Source of the DNA: a virus
Taxonomy: Duplodnaviria > Caudoviricetes
Virus record (IMG/VR): IMGVR_UViG_3300008262_000001
Length of the DNA: 64,000 nt
Strand: one strand, 5' to 3'
The position numbers and the translations under genes are program-made. Shown piece by piece: positions 28,301 through 37,947 of this stretch (positions are counted from its first letter, which is position 1; the number at the start of each line of letters is the position of its first letter). Under the pieces are notes generated by a model. The model had not been told where the DNA came from and did no database searches. It worked only from the letters and a program-made list of their open reading frames with translations.

Positions 28301-29053
28301 TCAAAGAGATATAAAATCAAGGTCTGGATTTAAGAGCAAAGAAAAATTAGATAAATTAGAATTCATTTTTACTAACAGGTCACACGTGGAAAGAAGATAA
28401 GCATCTATTATGACATCTTCTGCCATTCTGTATTTGTCCGGCATCTTTTTTTTAAAATTTGGTAGATCTTGATCATCAGTAACTGTTGAGCCACTCAAGT
28501 TTATTACATTAGGATATCTCTGTTTAAATAATTCAATGCTTACAGCTTCATCACAAGCTAAGTAGATACAATCAAAATTTGAATGTATTTTGTCAATAAT
28601 TTCAAAATATTTTTGTAATGGTGGACTTTCGTGGTGTGTACCTATGTCTGTTCCCCTTTTATGGACACCTAATATTTTTTTGCCAGCAAACATTTCCAAA
28701 TAAAGAGATAGGATTTTGGTACCAATCTCAGACTTTAATTTCAAATGTGTGTCTATTATTTCCTTTGCAATTTTTCTCTCTGTTTTATTTCCAAAATCAA
28801 AAGAATATCCATAAAAATTCCCACTGTCACCCCAAAATGTCCGTTTACCGTCTGTGATTATATCCTGTAAAAAAAATTCATTCCATTGATTGTCCTTTGA
28901 GTCAGAGTATGAGGAATTTCTCATATCAAAATAAATTTTATAATCTATTCCCAGTGTGAAATAATGTCTATGAACAGAAACAAATTGGATCACGAAAGAA
29001 AAAAAACCTCTCTCGCTTGAAGATTCTCCAGATTCTAAAATTAAAACTTTCAC
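28301..29053 (-). CDS. NodZ/GT23-like O-fucosyltransferase
   Basis: GFFSFV, ILGVHKRGTD, IYLACDE, DAYLLSTCDLLVKMNSNLS; GTG start. Confidence 0.75.
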   Translation of the reverse strand: MKVLILESGESSSERGFFSFVIQFVSVHRHYFTLGIDYKIYFDMRNSSYSDSKDNQWNEFFLQDIITDGKRTFWGDSGNFYGYSFDFGNKTERKIAKEIIDTHLKLKSEIGTKILSLYLEMFAGKKILGVHKRGTDIGTHHESPPLQKYFEIIDKIHSNFDCIYLACDEAVSIELFKQRYPNVINLSGSTVTDDQDLPNFKKKMPDKYRMAEDVIIDAYLLSTCDLLVKMNSNLSNFSLLLNPDLDFISL

Positions 29054-29055
29054 CT

Positions 29056-29067
29056 ATTTATATATAC
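29056..29067 (-). promoter_or_regulatory. GTATATATAAATA motif inside the glycan cluster (also contains TATAAATA)
   Basis: Intergenic, just upstream of GTG 29053. Confidence 0.45.
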
Positions 29068-29074
29068 TAATGTT

Positions 29075-29695
29075 TTATTCATTGTTGAACAAAAAATCAA
29101 TATTATTATTGATAATAGCAGATCTTATCCCATCTTGGTTTAATAGAGATAACATCTCTATTTTTTTGGCTATATAATTATCTCCTTCATCCAATATGCC
29201 TAATGTGTTATGTATATTGATCCAGTTTTTATTTATTTTTTTATTCTCATCTTCACAATTTATAGATAAAAATAGAGCTTTATCGATATCGGTTCTTCTA
29301 CTTATATGATCAATAAAAGAACACATTATTTCAATATTAGATTTTACTGGGCTAACTCCAAAGTGCGTTATAAAAACTTTGTATTCATTCGATTTTAAAC
29401 TTTCATGAAATCTTTTTGTTCTTCTAATATATTTTTCTTTTATAAAATCTAGATCATTAGGAAAGTCGTGCGGAAACCAGTCACCCCTTATTTTATTTCT
29501 TTTACTTGCATCAAATCCTTCAGAAAAATATTTATTAATATAAGCATCAATATTAGTTATTTCAAGATCAATAATCTCTAACATAGTTTGCGAACTCATT
29601 TGAGCCCAATCAAAAACCATTGTAGGTCTTTCTATTTTCAAGCGTTCCCTTATTATCCCAGCAGGATTACATCTCATACCTAATGATATTAGCAT
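29075..29695 (-). CDS. DUF1796-like (putative papain-like) protein
   Basis: N-terminal ISLGMRC...RPTMVFDW, FPHDF and KYIRRTKRF match my recollection of DUF1796. Confidence 0.6.
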   Translation of the reverse strand: MLISLGMRCNPAGIIRERLKIERPTMVFDWAQMSSQTMLEIIDLEITNIDAYINKYFSEGFDASKRNKIRGDWFPHDFPNDLDFIKEKYIRRTKRFHESLKSNEYKVFITHFGVSPVKSNIEIMCSFIDHISRRTDIDKALFLSINCEDENKKINKNWINIHNTLGILDEGDNYIAKKIEMLSLLNQDGIRSAIINNNIDFLFNNE

Positions 29696-29709
29696 ACTAT
29701 TAATATTTT

Positions 29710-30435
29710 TTAGCCACGATGTAGATATAATCTATCGGAAACTAGGTCCTTTATTAGAACGTATCCCATTGTTGTCAAAATTGAATGAATCTCAGATTCT
29801 ACACAGAATGAACCTTGCCAACCTCGGTTTTGTCCTTTGTTTAAAATAGTTTCGATGAATAATAATTTAGGACGTATCTCGCCAAATCCATTAATAACAT
29901 ATCCCTCCGCCCCTTCAACATCTATATGAGCGACATCAACATGGCCAATTCCTTTCTCGTTACAGAAACTCGAAACAGAAACTGAAGGAACTGTTATAGG
30001 ATAATTCTCTTGTATTATATGAGAATATATTTCTTTATACAAGGAAGTATGTTTCAAAATTGATCCCTGTCCTAAAGCATCACCCTCTACGAATGACTGG
30101 TAAAAATTTGTTTGTCCTGGATTTTCACAAACTGCAACAGGAACAAATTCTATATCAAATTTTGAAATGTATTTTTGTATAGAAATTATCCTAGCAGGAT
30201 CAGCTTCAAAGGAATACACGTTAGATCTTGGATATCTATGTTTGAGTCTAATAGAATCTCCCGCATCATAAGATCCAATATCAAAGATAACTTTAGGATC
30301 TATACCACACTCATCAATCCATTGTGCATTAAAACTGCTGTGCAATAATGGCACAGTAATTTTTGCTTGGTCTAATGCTTCATAAAGATCTTTGTCAAAA
30401 GAATCTCCGTCTATTATAGCGGGCGATATATTCAT
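29710..30435 (-). CDS. FkbM-family methyltransferase
   Basis: IFDIGSYDAG, VYSFEADP, VAVCENPG, HIDVEGAEGYVING. Confidence 0.85.
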   Translation of the reverse strand: MNISPAIIDGDSFDKDLYEALDQAKITVPLLHSSFNAQWIDECGIDPKVIFDIGSYDAGDSIRLKHRYPRSNVYSFEADPARIISIQKYISKFDIEFVPVAVCENPGQTNFYQSFVEGDALGQGSILKHTSLYKEIYSHIIQENYPITVPSVSVSSFCNEKGIGHVDVAHIDVEGAEGYVINGFGEIRPKLLFIETILNKGQNRGWQGSFCVESEIHSILTTMGYVLIKDLVSDRLYLHRG

Positions 30436-32057
30436 TGGATATTTTTTTTCTTTTCGAAAAGATATCCTTCAATCCAAACGTGGTCAATATCAGTATTGTC
30501 TAATATATCAAGAGCTTCGGAAATCGTAGAAAGAATAGATTTTCCTCTATTATTGAAGGATGTGTTTATTAGAATAGGTATTCCTGTTTTCTCAAAGAAT
30601 GATTTAACGAGATTATAACCGAAAGGGTTATCCTTAAAATTTAAAGTTTGTGCTCTTGCTGTCCCGTCAATATGGACTATCTCTTTTACTATATCAGACA
30701 CTTCCGGTCTAACCGTCGGATTGAAACTCATATAAGGAGAGGAAGTGAAGGACGTAAAATATTGGTCAGTGTATTCCTCTAAAATTGCGGGTGCTAAAGG
30801 TCTCCAATTTTCTCTATTTTTTATTTTGTTTAATTTGTCTTTAATCCCAGTGATGGAAGGAGAAGCAACAATACTTCTTCTTAAAAGAGCTCTTTCGCCT
30901 ACTTCGCCTCTTCCGTAAACAATACCTATGATTTTTCCATCACGAATCAATCCAGTAAGGAAATCTATCGAACATTCTTTTGCTGAATATTCAGATATTA
31001 GAGTCGGTAGATTATATCTATCTATTAAATCTATTCCGTTGAAAGCACATTCAATCTTATGTGTTGGGTTATTTTCATTTAACAGAAAACCTAAAGAAAG
31101 TCCGCAATCTCCAGGATTTGGTGGAACGTGCACAGGATATTCTATTTTATTTCTTAAATATTGATTAAATATTATATTCATGGCACCTCCACCAGATAAA
31201 CAAACAGGAACTTTGAATTTTTTTAAATACACCAATATTTTTTTATACACTAACAGGTTAAATACATGCTGAGATGTTGCTGCAACGTCTAGGGAATCTT
31301 CCCAATCTAAACTGTTTATATTTTTCAGCTCTAAGCCTATTTTTACACCTAACTCTTTCCTGTATCTATCGTCACAAGGCCCGTTATAATATTCCTCAAA
31401 AAATTCTATCCAATCTTCCCTAAGTTTACCGTATCCAGAAAGTCCCATAATTTTACCTGCAAGAGTTAAGTATGATTCGCTAATCTGGTAAGTGATTGAT
31501 AAATCATGAATTTCTGATCCTATATCGATTGGTGATATTTTTTTACTTATACAATTCAGGGGAATTGCTAAACATGTATAAGGATCACAGACATTCAAGT
31601 CCAGTTTTTCCAGATGCTTGATCCCATTTTTTCTGTCTGCAATGAAAAAATTGAAAGTTGACACATCACCATTGTCGTGACCTCCTGAATCGTATGTTGC
31701 AATTAACGATTCTGAAAATCCTGATGTATAAAAAGCTGTAGCTGCATGGGATAAATGATGTCCAATTTCTTTGAATTCAGTACAATTAAAGATCTCTTCT
31801 ACTGCACGAATTATTTTTTCACTACACTGACCATAAAGGCAGGTTGTGAATGTTGCAGTATTATTAAAATCATTCAAAAGGATATCCTTTACAGCCAAAA
31901 GAGTATCATAATAATTGGGATCTTTTTCTAACGAAAAATGTCTGATCCCATTGATCTTTTCTAGCTCGTAAGTATAATAGTCTCCAGTTTCTGTGACAAC
32001 AGAAATATTAGAATCGTGTGATCCGTAAAGTGAAAGAATCGAATTATTTAGTTGCAT
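30432..32057 (-). CDS. nodU: Carbamoyltransferase, NodU/CmcH family
   Basis: SHDSNI, HHLSHAATAFYTSGF, AGKIMGLSGYG, NPGDCGLSLG, GRGEVGERALLRRSI, RENWRPLAPAIL, HIDGTARAQT, PILINTSFN. Confidence 0.9.
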   Translation of the reverse strand: MQLNNSILSLYGSHDSNISVVTETGDYYTYELEKINGIRHFSLEKDPNYYDTLLAVKDILLNDFNNTATFTTCLYGQCSEKIIRAVEEIFNCTEFKEIGHHLSHAATAFYTSGFSESLIATYDSGGHDNGDVSTFNFFIADRKNGIKHLEKLDLNVCDPYTCLAIPLNCISKKISPIDIGSEIHDLSITYQISESYLTLAGKIMGLSGYGKLREDWIEFFEEYYNGPCDDRYRKELGVKIGLELKNINSLDWEDSLDVAATSQHVFNLLVYKKILVYLKKFKVPVCLSGGGAMNIIFNQYLRNKIEYPVHVPPNPGDCGLSLGFLLNENNPTHKIECAFNGIDLIDRYNLPTLISEYSAKECSIDFLTGLIRDGKIIGIVYGRGEVGERALLRRSIVASPSITGIKDKLNKIKNRENWRPLAPAILEEYTDQYFTSFTSSPYMSFNPTVRPEVSDIVKEIVHIDGTARAQTLNFKDNPFGYNLVKSFFEKTGIPILINTSFNNRGKSILSTISEALDILDNTDIDHVWIEGYLFEKKKNIQ

Positions 32058-32835
32058 ATTTTTTAATTGTGTTTTCGACTCTTTTTTCGAAAGGCTGATC
32101 TATTAAAGCGGATTGATAATTCTTTTCAATGCTCTCTAGCATAGATTGGTATTTATCATGATTTAAAGAAGTTAAAATTTGATCTAGTTCTTCTATCGTT
32201 TCAAATTTTATTATACCTTTCTCTTCGTAAAAATCCCCAAGATTTGGACATCCCTTATAAATAGGAACGGTTTTAGTCATAAAACAATCAACGATTTTTT
32301 CAGTGAACCAGTTTTTCATAAACTCATTTTCTATTACGATTGAAAACATATAGTTTTCTAGCCCTATCATTTTATTGGAGATTTCATTAAATCCCCTCCC
32401 GTATAAATCAAATTTTCCTTTTAGTAGTTCTATTATTTTCATCCTTACTTTATGCCCGACAGCAAAGTTTTTGTCAGATGTTATGAAAGAAACAGTTTTG
32501 AATTTGTCAAAGTCCGTTTTGATCTCTTTAATCCACGTGCCCCCAAAATAATTTAGTACAGAATTATCTAAATTTGTTAAAATAGATTCGTAATAACTAA
32601 GAATTAAATTATACTTCCTTCCATTATTCAAAAGATACTTCTCTACTGAATAATTGTTTACTGATGGGGGTTCTGCTTGCACTGCAACTTTGAATATAGA
32701 TGGATCATTAATCCAGATAGGGTCCGAAATGGGATCTATTTGTATCCCCACATTGGATTCATATAAACCGAAATATTTATCCGGGTCTACCCCCCATCCT
32801 TTGAGTACTTCTCTTTGAACTATTGGTTTTATCAT
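32044..32835 (-). CDS. GT10-like alpha-1,3/4-fucosyltransferase
   Basis: YMFSIVIENEFMKNWFTEKIVDCFMTKTVPIYKG is the GT10 core motif. Confidence 0.8.
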   Translation of the reverse strand: MIKPIVQREVLKGWGVDPDKYFGLYESNVGIQIDPISDPIWINDPSIFKVAVQAEPPSVNNYSVEKYLLNNGRKYNLILSYYESILTNLDNSVLNYFGGTWIKEIKTDFDKFKTVSFITSDKNFAVGHKVRMKIIELLKGKFDLYGRGFNEISNKMIGLENYMFSIVIENEFMKNWFTEKIVDCFMTKTVPIYKGCPNLGDFYEEKGIIKFETIEELDQILTSLNHDKYQSMLESIEKNYQSALIDQPFEKRVENTIKKYATK

Positions 32836-33770
32836 ATTAGATTAAGATCTTTTTTTGCGTTATTGATTATATCTAAGCTAGCTGCTCCGTTACACCATCT
32901 CTTGCCATTGTGATCATTCTGCTCCGAATAAGTCGACTGAGGGGTATTTAATCTTTCAGTGTTAAAGAAAAGATGAGAGAAAAAATTCCATCTATAATAT
33001 GCCCAATCGGCATATCCCTTTGGTGGAGCTGATAAATTATCAGCTACTGCTTTTCCTGAACCCACCCCCCCAAAATGTGCGATTTTTTTGCCACAATCAA
33101 AATTTAAATTCGACTCAAATCCGTTAAACTTAGATCCTTTCAAATCTATACCCCCATAGTTAGTAGTGTCCAGAAACCCTATTTTTCCACCATTTGATAT
33201 TATAGAGTGTGTGACAGGATCAAAGAAATCAAGTACTCTGTGGCCAGTTGGAGAAGCCCATCCTCCGCACATTCTTGTAAAAGTTTCAAAATCATAAGAC
33301 GGTATTTTAAGTGTATTGACCCCCATTAAATAGGTTGAAACACAATCAGGCGTATTATCGAGGCCTTTTACTCCACTTAAATTGTTTTTGTAAGGTCTCG
33401 GAGATCCGATTATATCATACCCATTTTGGAGCATTCCAATGATATCGCTTATTGATTCATCTTTAAAAAAACAGTCAGAATCTATATGTATAACATATTG
33501 ATTTGTATGTAAATCTCCTTTAAGTACAGAAGCGAATGCTAAGGCAGTACCCTGGTGTCCTGAAGACCATTTTTCTTTAGCAGATATATTGGTGTCCCAA
33601 TTAATTAAAATGTTATTGGGATGATTAATTATTTCACCGGCTTCAAGAAAATCCCTTGATGTCCCGATAATATGAATCTTGGTATCGTGATGTTTATGAA
33701 AAGATTCTAAGCATACAGATAAAATTTTTCCACAATTGAAAGCCTCAGTAAAAACAAATGTATTTTGCAT
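32832..33770 (-). CDS. Putative GT-A fold glycosyltransferase
   Basis: YVIHIDSDCFF (DxD); located within the GT cluster. Confidence 0.6.
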   Translation of the reverse strand: MQNTFVFTEAFNCGKILSVCLESFHKHHDTKIHIIGTSRDFLEAGEIINHPNNILINWDTNISAKEKWSSGHQGTALAFASVLKGDLHTNQYVIHIDSDCFFKDESISDIIGMLQNGYDIIGSPRPYKNNLSGVKGLDNTPDCVSTYLMGVNTLKIPSYDFETFTRMCGGWASPTGHRVLDFFDPVTHSIISNGGKIGFLDTTNYGGIDLKGSKFNGFESNLNFDCGKKIAHFGGVGSGKAVADNLSAPPKGYADWAYYRWNFFSHLFFNTERLNTPQSTYSEQNDHNGKRWCNGAASLDIINNAKKDLNLI

Positions 33771-34387
33771 TATTTTTTTAAAAAATTATATTCAACAGTT
33801 TTCATCTCAATATCAGAGAAACCATCTCTCTGCCATGCTATAGGGGGGATAAATCCATAACAAGGTAATTTAGTTTGTATTTTTGATAAATGAACATCGA
33901 CTTCACTATTAAAAATATTAGGAGTATCAAATTCCTCTATCAAACAATCTAAAGCTGATTTTTTTACCAGATAACAATGGGTGGTATATGTTTTTTGTAA
34001 TCTGTGTATTTTTTGTGAAACCATTTGCGGGGCTATGCCGTTGTGATTTCCTCCAAAATATAAAAGGTTCCAATCTTGAGGTACTGATTGGATCTCGTTT
34101 AGAAATATCTCTATGAAATCAGGGGAAAAAACGACATCATCTTCAGTAATCATAAAAATTGAGCCTTCTACATTTTTTAAATATCTATATAAGTTCAAAT
34201 GAGACATGACACAACCAACGTGTCCTGGTTTTATAGTAGACTTAACGTTCAATTCGTGACCATCAACCCCGGTAAAAAATTCAAAATCTAAATTAAATTT
34301 TTTGAACTCCTGAAATGCTTCTGTCCTCCTATCGGACCTTCTTTCTAAGTTGACACAATAAATGTTATCTATACCAGGAATTTTCAT
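33770..34387 (-). CDS. Glycosyltransferase family 25
   Basis: YCVNLERRSDRR, FFTGVDG, GCVMSHL, ITEDDV, YTTHCYLV. Confidence 0.85.
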   Translation of the reverse strand: MKIPGIDNIYCVNLERRSDRRTEAFQEFKKFNLDFEFFTGVDGHELNVKSTIKPGHVGCVMSHLNLYRYLKNVEGSIFMITEDDVVFSPDFIEIFLNEIQSVPQDWNLLYFGGNHNGIAPQMVSQKIHRLQKTYTTHCYLVKKSALDCLIEEFDTPNIFNSEVDVHLSKIQTKLPCYGFIPPIAWQRDGFSDIEMKTVEYNFLKK

Positions 34388-34388
34388 T

Positions 34389-35129
34389 TTATAATATAAT
34401 CATTTCTTTTCGATAAACCTGTCTCCAACCTGTACCTGAATAGCCTCTACCTACCCAATTATCCGGAGCATATATTTTTTTCGAAGGATTCTTTGATAGG
34501 TATGAACCCCACCAAGAAAAACTAGAATTAGCTATAATAAAATTTGAACACAAAGACATCTTAAATAAATCGATAAATTCATCAGTTTCTTCCGAGTATA
34601 AAAAATTAGAGGGAAATTGCTCTTTACACCAAGGGATATCGTCAGAAAATACCATAAAGTTCTTAGAAATATTCTTTAGATTCGATATTGCAGTATTGTA
34701 GTAACTTAAACTTGGAACTGGGTGATGTAAAGGAAAATTTAAATAATCTCCTCTTCTAACATGTATTGCAGTAAGTCCATCAAAGTCTGTCAAATAAACC
34801 TTAGATTTTATGACATCATTAGGATCAAATAAATCTACTATTTCCTTTTTATGACAAGAAAAATAGTTCTCGTTCTGGAAATATCCTATCAAATCAATAT
34901 TGTCAATCTGTGGGATTTGGGAATAACTAAAAGGATCCTTTTCCCTAAATTGAGTTAGCACTTGTGATACTTTGCCTGTCTTTATCGGTTTATCTAAATG
35001 CCTGTTATATTTCCACTCAGGAAAAATATAATCGTAGTTATATTTCATGCAGTGGGAAAAAACAGTCGAAATTTGGAAAAATTGATTCCCCATCTTACCA
35101 TGTTTTCCCAAGTTGCTAAATGTGATCAT
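34389..35129 (-). CDS. GT11 alpha-1,2-fucosyl(/colitosyl)transferase
   Basis: GKMGNQFFQ, GYFQNENYF, AIHVRRGDY, FSDDIPWCK, IIANSSFSWWGSYL. Confidence 0.9.
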   Translation of the reverse strand: MITFSNLGKHGKMGNQFFQISTVFSHCMKYNYDYIFPEWKYNRHLDKPIKTGKVSQVLTQFREKDPFSYSQIPQIDNIDLIGYFQNENYFSCHKKEIVDLFDPNDVIKSKVYLTDFDGLTAIHVRRGDYLNFPLHHPVPSLSYYNTAISNLKNISKNFMVFSDDIPWCKEQFPSNFLYSEETDEFIDLFKMSLCSNFIIANSSFSWWGSYLSKNPSKKIYAPDNWVGRGYSGTGWRQVYRKEMIIL

Positions 35130-36033
35130 TGTTTAGATAGAATTCTAATACTGTTTTTATACTTGATTTTAAATCAGTAAATTCAAAATTAGGAGCAATT
35201 TGTTTTAATCTCGAGTTGGATCCATCCTTTCTAAAAATCCCGTCCGGCCCTTGACAATTGAACGAAATTTTTATCTTATTACAAGAAATCTCTTCAACTA
35301 TATCCGAATATTGCTTAAGTGTCAGATTATAGTCAGGTGTAAAATTAAAGGATTCTGTTATATCATTTTCAATGCAAAAATGGATTATCCTAGCCAAATC
35401 ATCATACGTTACAAATTGTCTGAGTACTTTTCCTGATCCAAACATCTCGAGATTTTTTTCACCAGATAAAATAGATTTTGCTGATTTATAAATTAATGAG
35501 GTCAAGAAATGCGTTTTGTCTGGATCATATGTTTCTTCGTTCCCGAAAAGATTACAAGGAATAATATAATTATACTGAGAAGAATGTTTTAAATTATAAA
35601 GTTGTGTCATTTCTGCTAGAAATCTTTTCGATAGTGCGTATCCTCGATTGGTTTTCTCAGGATCTCCGGAAAGAATATCTTCTTCTAAAATAGGATAATA
35701 TGGACTGATAGCTGGGTATACACATGTAGATAATATAGAAGTTAATCTCGGAATCTGTAATTCTATACATGCCCTAAAAACGTTCGTATTGATTAGGATA
35801 TTTTCATAAAAATATTCGAAAGGGTGTTCAATGTTGCTCTTGATACCACCAACTTTCGAAGCTAGATGCACAACTCTATATGGGTTTTTAGATTTAAAAT
35901 ATTTTAATGTAGACTCAAAATCTAAAAGATTTAGTTCCTTTTTTCCCTCTATGAATGTAGCATCTGGCAAAAGTCGATAAAGGCTTTTTCCTAAATGTGA
36001 GGTTCCGCCAGTAACCAATATTTTATTTCTCAT
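35116..36033 (-). CDS. fcl: GDP-L-fucose synthase / ColC-like epimerase-reductase
   Basis: ILVTGG, HLASKVGGIKSN, ILSTCVYP, GYALSKR, PCNLFG, FGSGKVLRQF. Fcl and ColC cannot be separated by eye. Confidence 0.85.
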   Translation of the reverse strand: MRNKILVTGGTSHLGKSLYRLLPDATFIEGKKELNLLDFESTLKYFKSKNPYRVVHLASKVGGIKSNIEHPFEYFYENILINTNVFRACIELQIPRLTSILSTCVYPAISPYYPILEEDILSGDPEKTNRGYALSKRFLAEMTQLYNLKHSSQYNYIIPCNLFGNEETYDPDKTHFLTSLIYKSAKSILSGEKNLEMFGSGKVLRQFVTYDDLARIIHFCIENDITESFNFTPDYNLTLKQYSDIVEEISCNKIKISFNCQGPDGIFRKDGSNSRLKQIAPNFEFTDLKSSIKTVLEFYLNNDHI

Positions 36034-37153
36034 CCGTAACTAATTTTTCTATTGTTATATTGTAAAGCTCCTTAGCTATTTTGAGATAATGTTCACTTCC
36101 TGGTCTACATGATGCAAATAACTGGTATATGCGTTGCTCAAATCTTTCATATGGATTTTTTCCCCACCCAGGTGGATGCCAAAGATGGTAAAGATCAATT
36201 TTGGGATTTTCAAGTGATGTGAAATGATTAAGCTTTTCAACCTTATCCCAGAAAAATTTATCCTCAATAGAATATCCCCAGAAAAAATGAGGATCAAATC
36301 CGCCTACTCTATCGAAAAGATCTCTAGTAAGAGCAATTGATCCTCCAGGAGCTCCATAGACACCTTCTCTGAAATTTGATGTGTTTTTTGTGATTGGTGA
36401 TAAATCTCCTGTTGTAAAATATTCTTTAGTTGAATCTTCGTCCAAATAATTTACCTTTCTACCAGAAAATGCCTGGACAGCTTGGTTTTTTGATAGCTCA
36501 TTTAATAATGAACTATAGAAATTATCGGGAACTAATAGATCGCAATCGTGAAAATGGACATACTGAGACTGAGAAATGGCAACACCCAAATTATGACAGA
36601 TACATTTATTAAATATATTACCATTAGAATTAAGCCAAACATAATGAAAATTTGCAAGATTGGAAAACAAATCTTTATTGAAAATTGGAGCTTTAGAATT
36701 TTCAATAATTACAAATCCTATTTTAATATCTAATTTATCAGCAGAATCTATCAAAGAATTAAGTGTTTTTTCGAGATGTAGCCACCGCCCTCTAAAAGGT
36801 ATTATAGTTACTAAATCATAATTCTCTACCAATCTTGGAATACTTACATTTTTATAAGCGTTTAATACTTCAAGATTTTTTTCGACTGCTAAATCGCTTA
36901 TGTTAAATATATTTGTTTTAGGTAAGGGTTTTAAAAAAGGGAGATTATCATCTTCCCCTTTAGTAGTACTTAAATACAAAAGTTGATTAAAATATTGGGT
37001 TACTGTAGAATTTATCACTACGTTTATTTTTTCATTCGTAAAGTCAATTTCATTTTTATCTGCAACGTTATTCAGATTCTTACTTGGTATAGGTTTGGAC
37101 CTGTTGACGATTCTCCTTTTACCCTCCCTGGTGATTCTTTGTCCGTTATTCAT
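36023..37153 (-). CDS. Glycosyltransferase GT2/GT7-C (galactosyltransferase-like)
   Basis: IIPFRGRWLHL, FNKCICHNLG, HFHDCDLL, VGGFDPHFFWGYSIED, YHLWH. Confidence 0.8.
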   Translation of the reverse strand: MNNGQRITREGKRRIVNRSKPIPSKNLNNVADKNEIDFTNEKINVVINSTVTQYFNQLLYLSTTKGEDDNLPFLKPLPKTNIFNISDLAVEKNLEVLNAYKNVSIPRLVENYDLVTIIPFRGRWLHLEKTLNSLIDSADKLDIKIGFVIIENSKAPIFNKDLFSNLANFHYVWLNSNGNIFNKCICHNLGVAISQSQYVHFHDCDLLVPDNFYSSLLNELSKNQAVQAFSGRKVNYLDEDSTKEYFTTGDLSPITKNTSNFREGVYGAPGGSIALTRDLFDRVGGFDPHFFWGYSIEDKFFWDKVEKLNHFTSLENPKIDLYHLWHPPGWGKNPYERFEQRIYQLFASCRPGSEHYLKIAKELYNITIEKLVTDEK

Positions 37154-37947
37154 ATTAGAGAAGGAGTACTTTTTTTTCCAACTTCCGCTCCTTTAATCCT
37201 TTCAACCAGAATCGCCTGATTTAAAGAACTGTATTGATTGAATAGCCTTTCGTTAGTTGGCATATTTCTGACATCTTTACCGAAATGACTTAGATGTGCA
37301 GCTTCGTAAGGAATTCTGTCCATAGATTCATCAGTTCTTCCTAATAAAAATTTAATAGTTTCTGTTGCCGCTTTATCTTCCCAGCCATATTTAAAAAAAT
37401 TCTCATTGTATCCGCCAAAAGTTTCCCAGAACCAGTTTCTGTTATAAACAAGAATAGCACCGAATCCACATCCGCGAGTCATTGATCTAAATTTGAATAC
37501 AGGGTCTCTGGGTCCATTTCCCTGCGTCCTAAAATAATTGAAATCTCTGTTTCTCAACCACACTGATGTTGGTGCTTCTGTATTACACCAATAATACGTT
37601 TCTGCTCCAGCGGCAAAGTTTCCCTGGAATTCAGATATTTTTTGAAAGTAATCTTTTTCAAAAACAAAGTCAGAATCCATTAAAACTAAGAGATCCCCTG
37701 TCGCCTCTTTCGCACCGACATTTCTACACCAGCTCAAATTGAAACCTCTATTCTGAGGATCCTTAATAGGTATATGCTTATAAAAAGGATTACCAACCTT
37801 GTAGAAATTATTATCTAAGGCCTGTTCAACAACAATGACCTCATAATCCTTAAAAGACTGTTCTTGTATACATCTTAAACATTCATTGAAGTTCCTGGTT
37901 CTTAAACCATCATTGCCTCCTGTAGGTAAAACAATAGATAATCTCAT
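37150..37947 (-). CDS. Glycosyltransferase GT2/GT7-C
   Basis: VIVVEQ, FNLSWCRNVG, LMDSDFVF, GGYNENFFKYGWED. Confidence 0.8.
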   Translation of the reverse strand: MRLSIVLPTGGNDGLRTRNFNECLRCIQEQSFKDYEVIVVEQALDNNFYKVGNPFYKHIPIKDPQNRGFNLSWCRNVGAKEATGDLLVLMDSDFVFEKDYFQKISEFQGNFAAGAETYYWCNTEAPTSVWLRNRDFNYFRTQGNGPRDPVFKFRSMTRGCGFGAILVYNRNWFWETFGGYNENFFKYGWEDKAATETIKFLLGRTDESMDRIPYEAAHLSHFGKDVRNMPTNERLFNQYSSLNQAILVERIKGAEVGKKSTPSLI

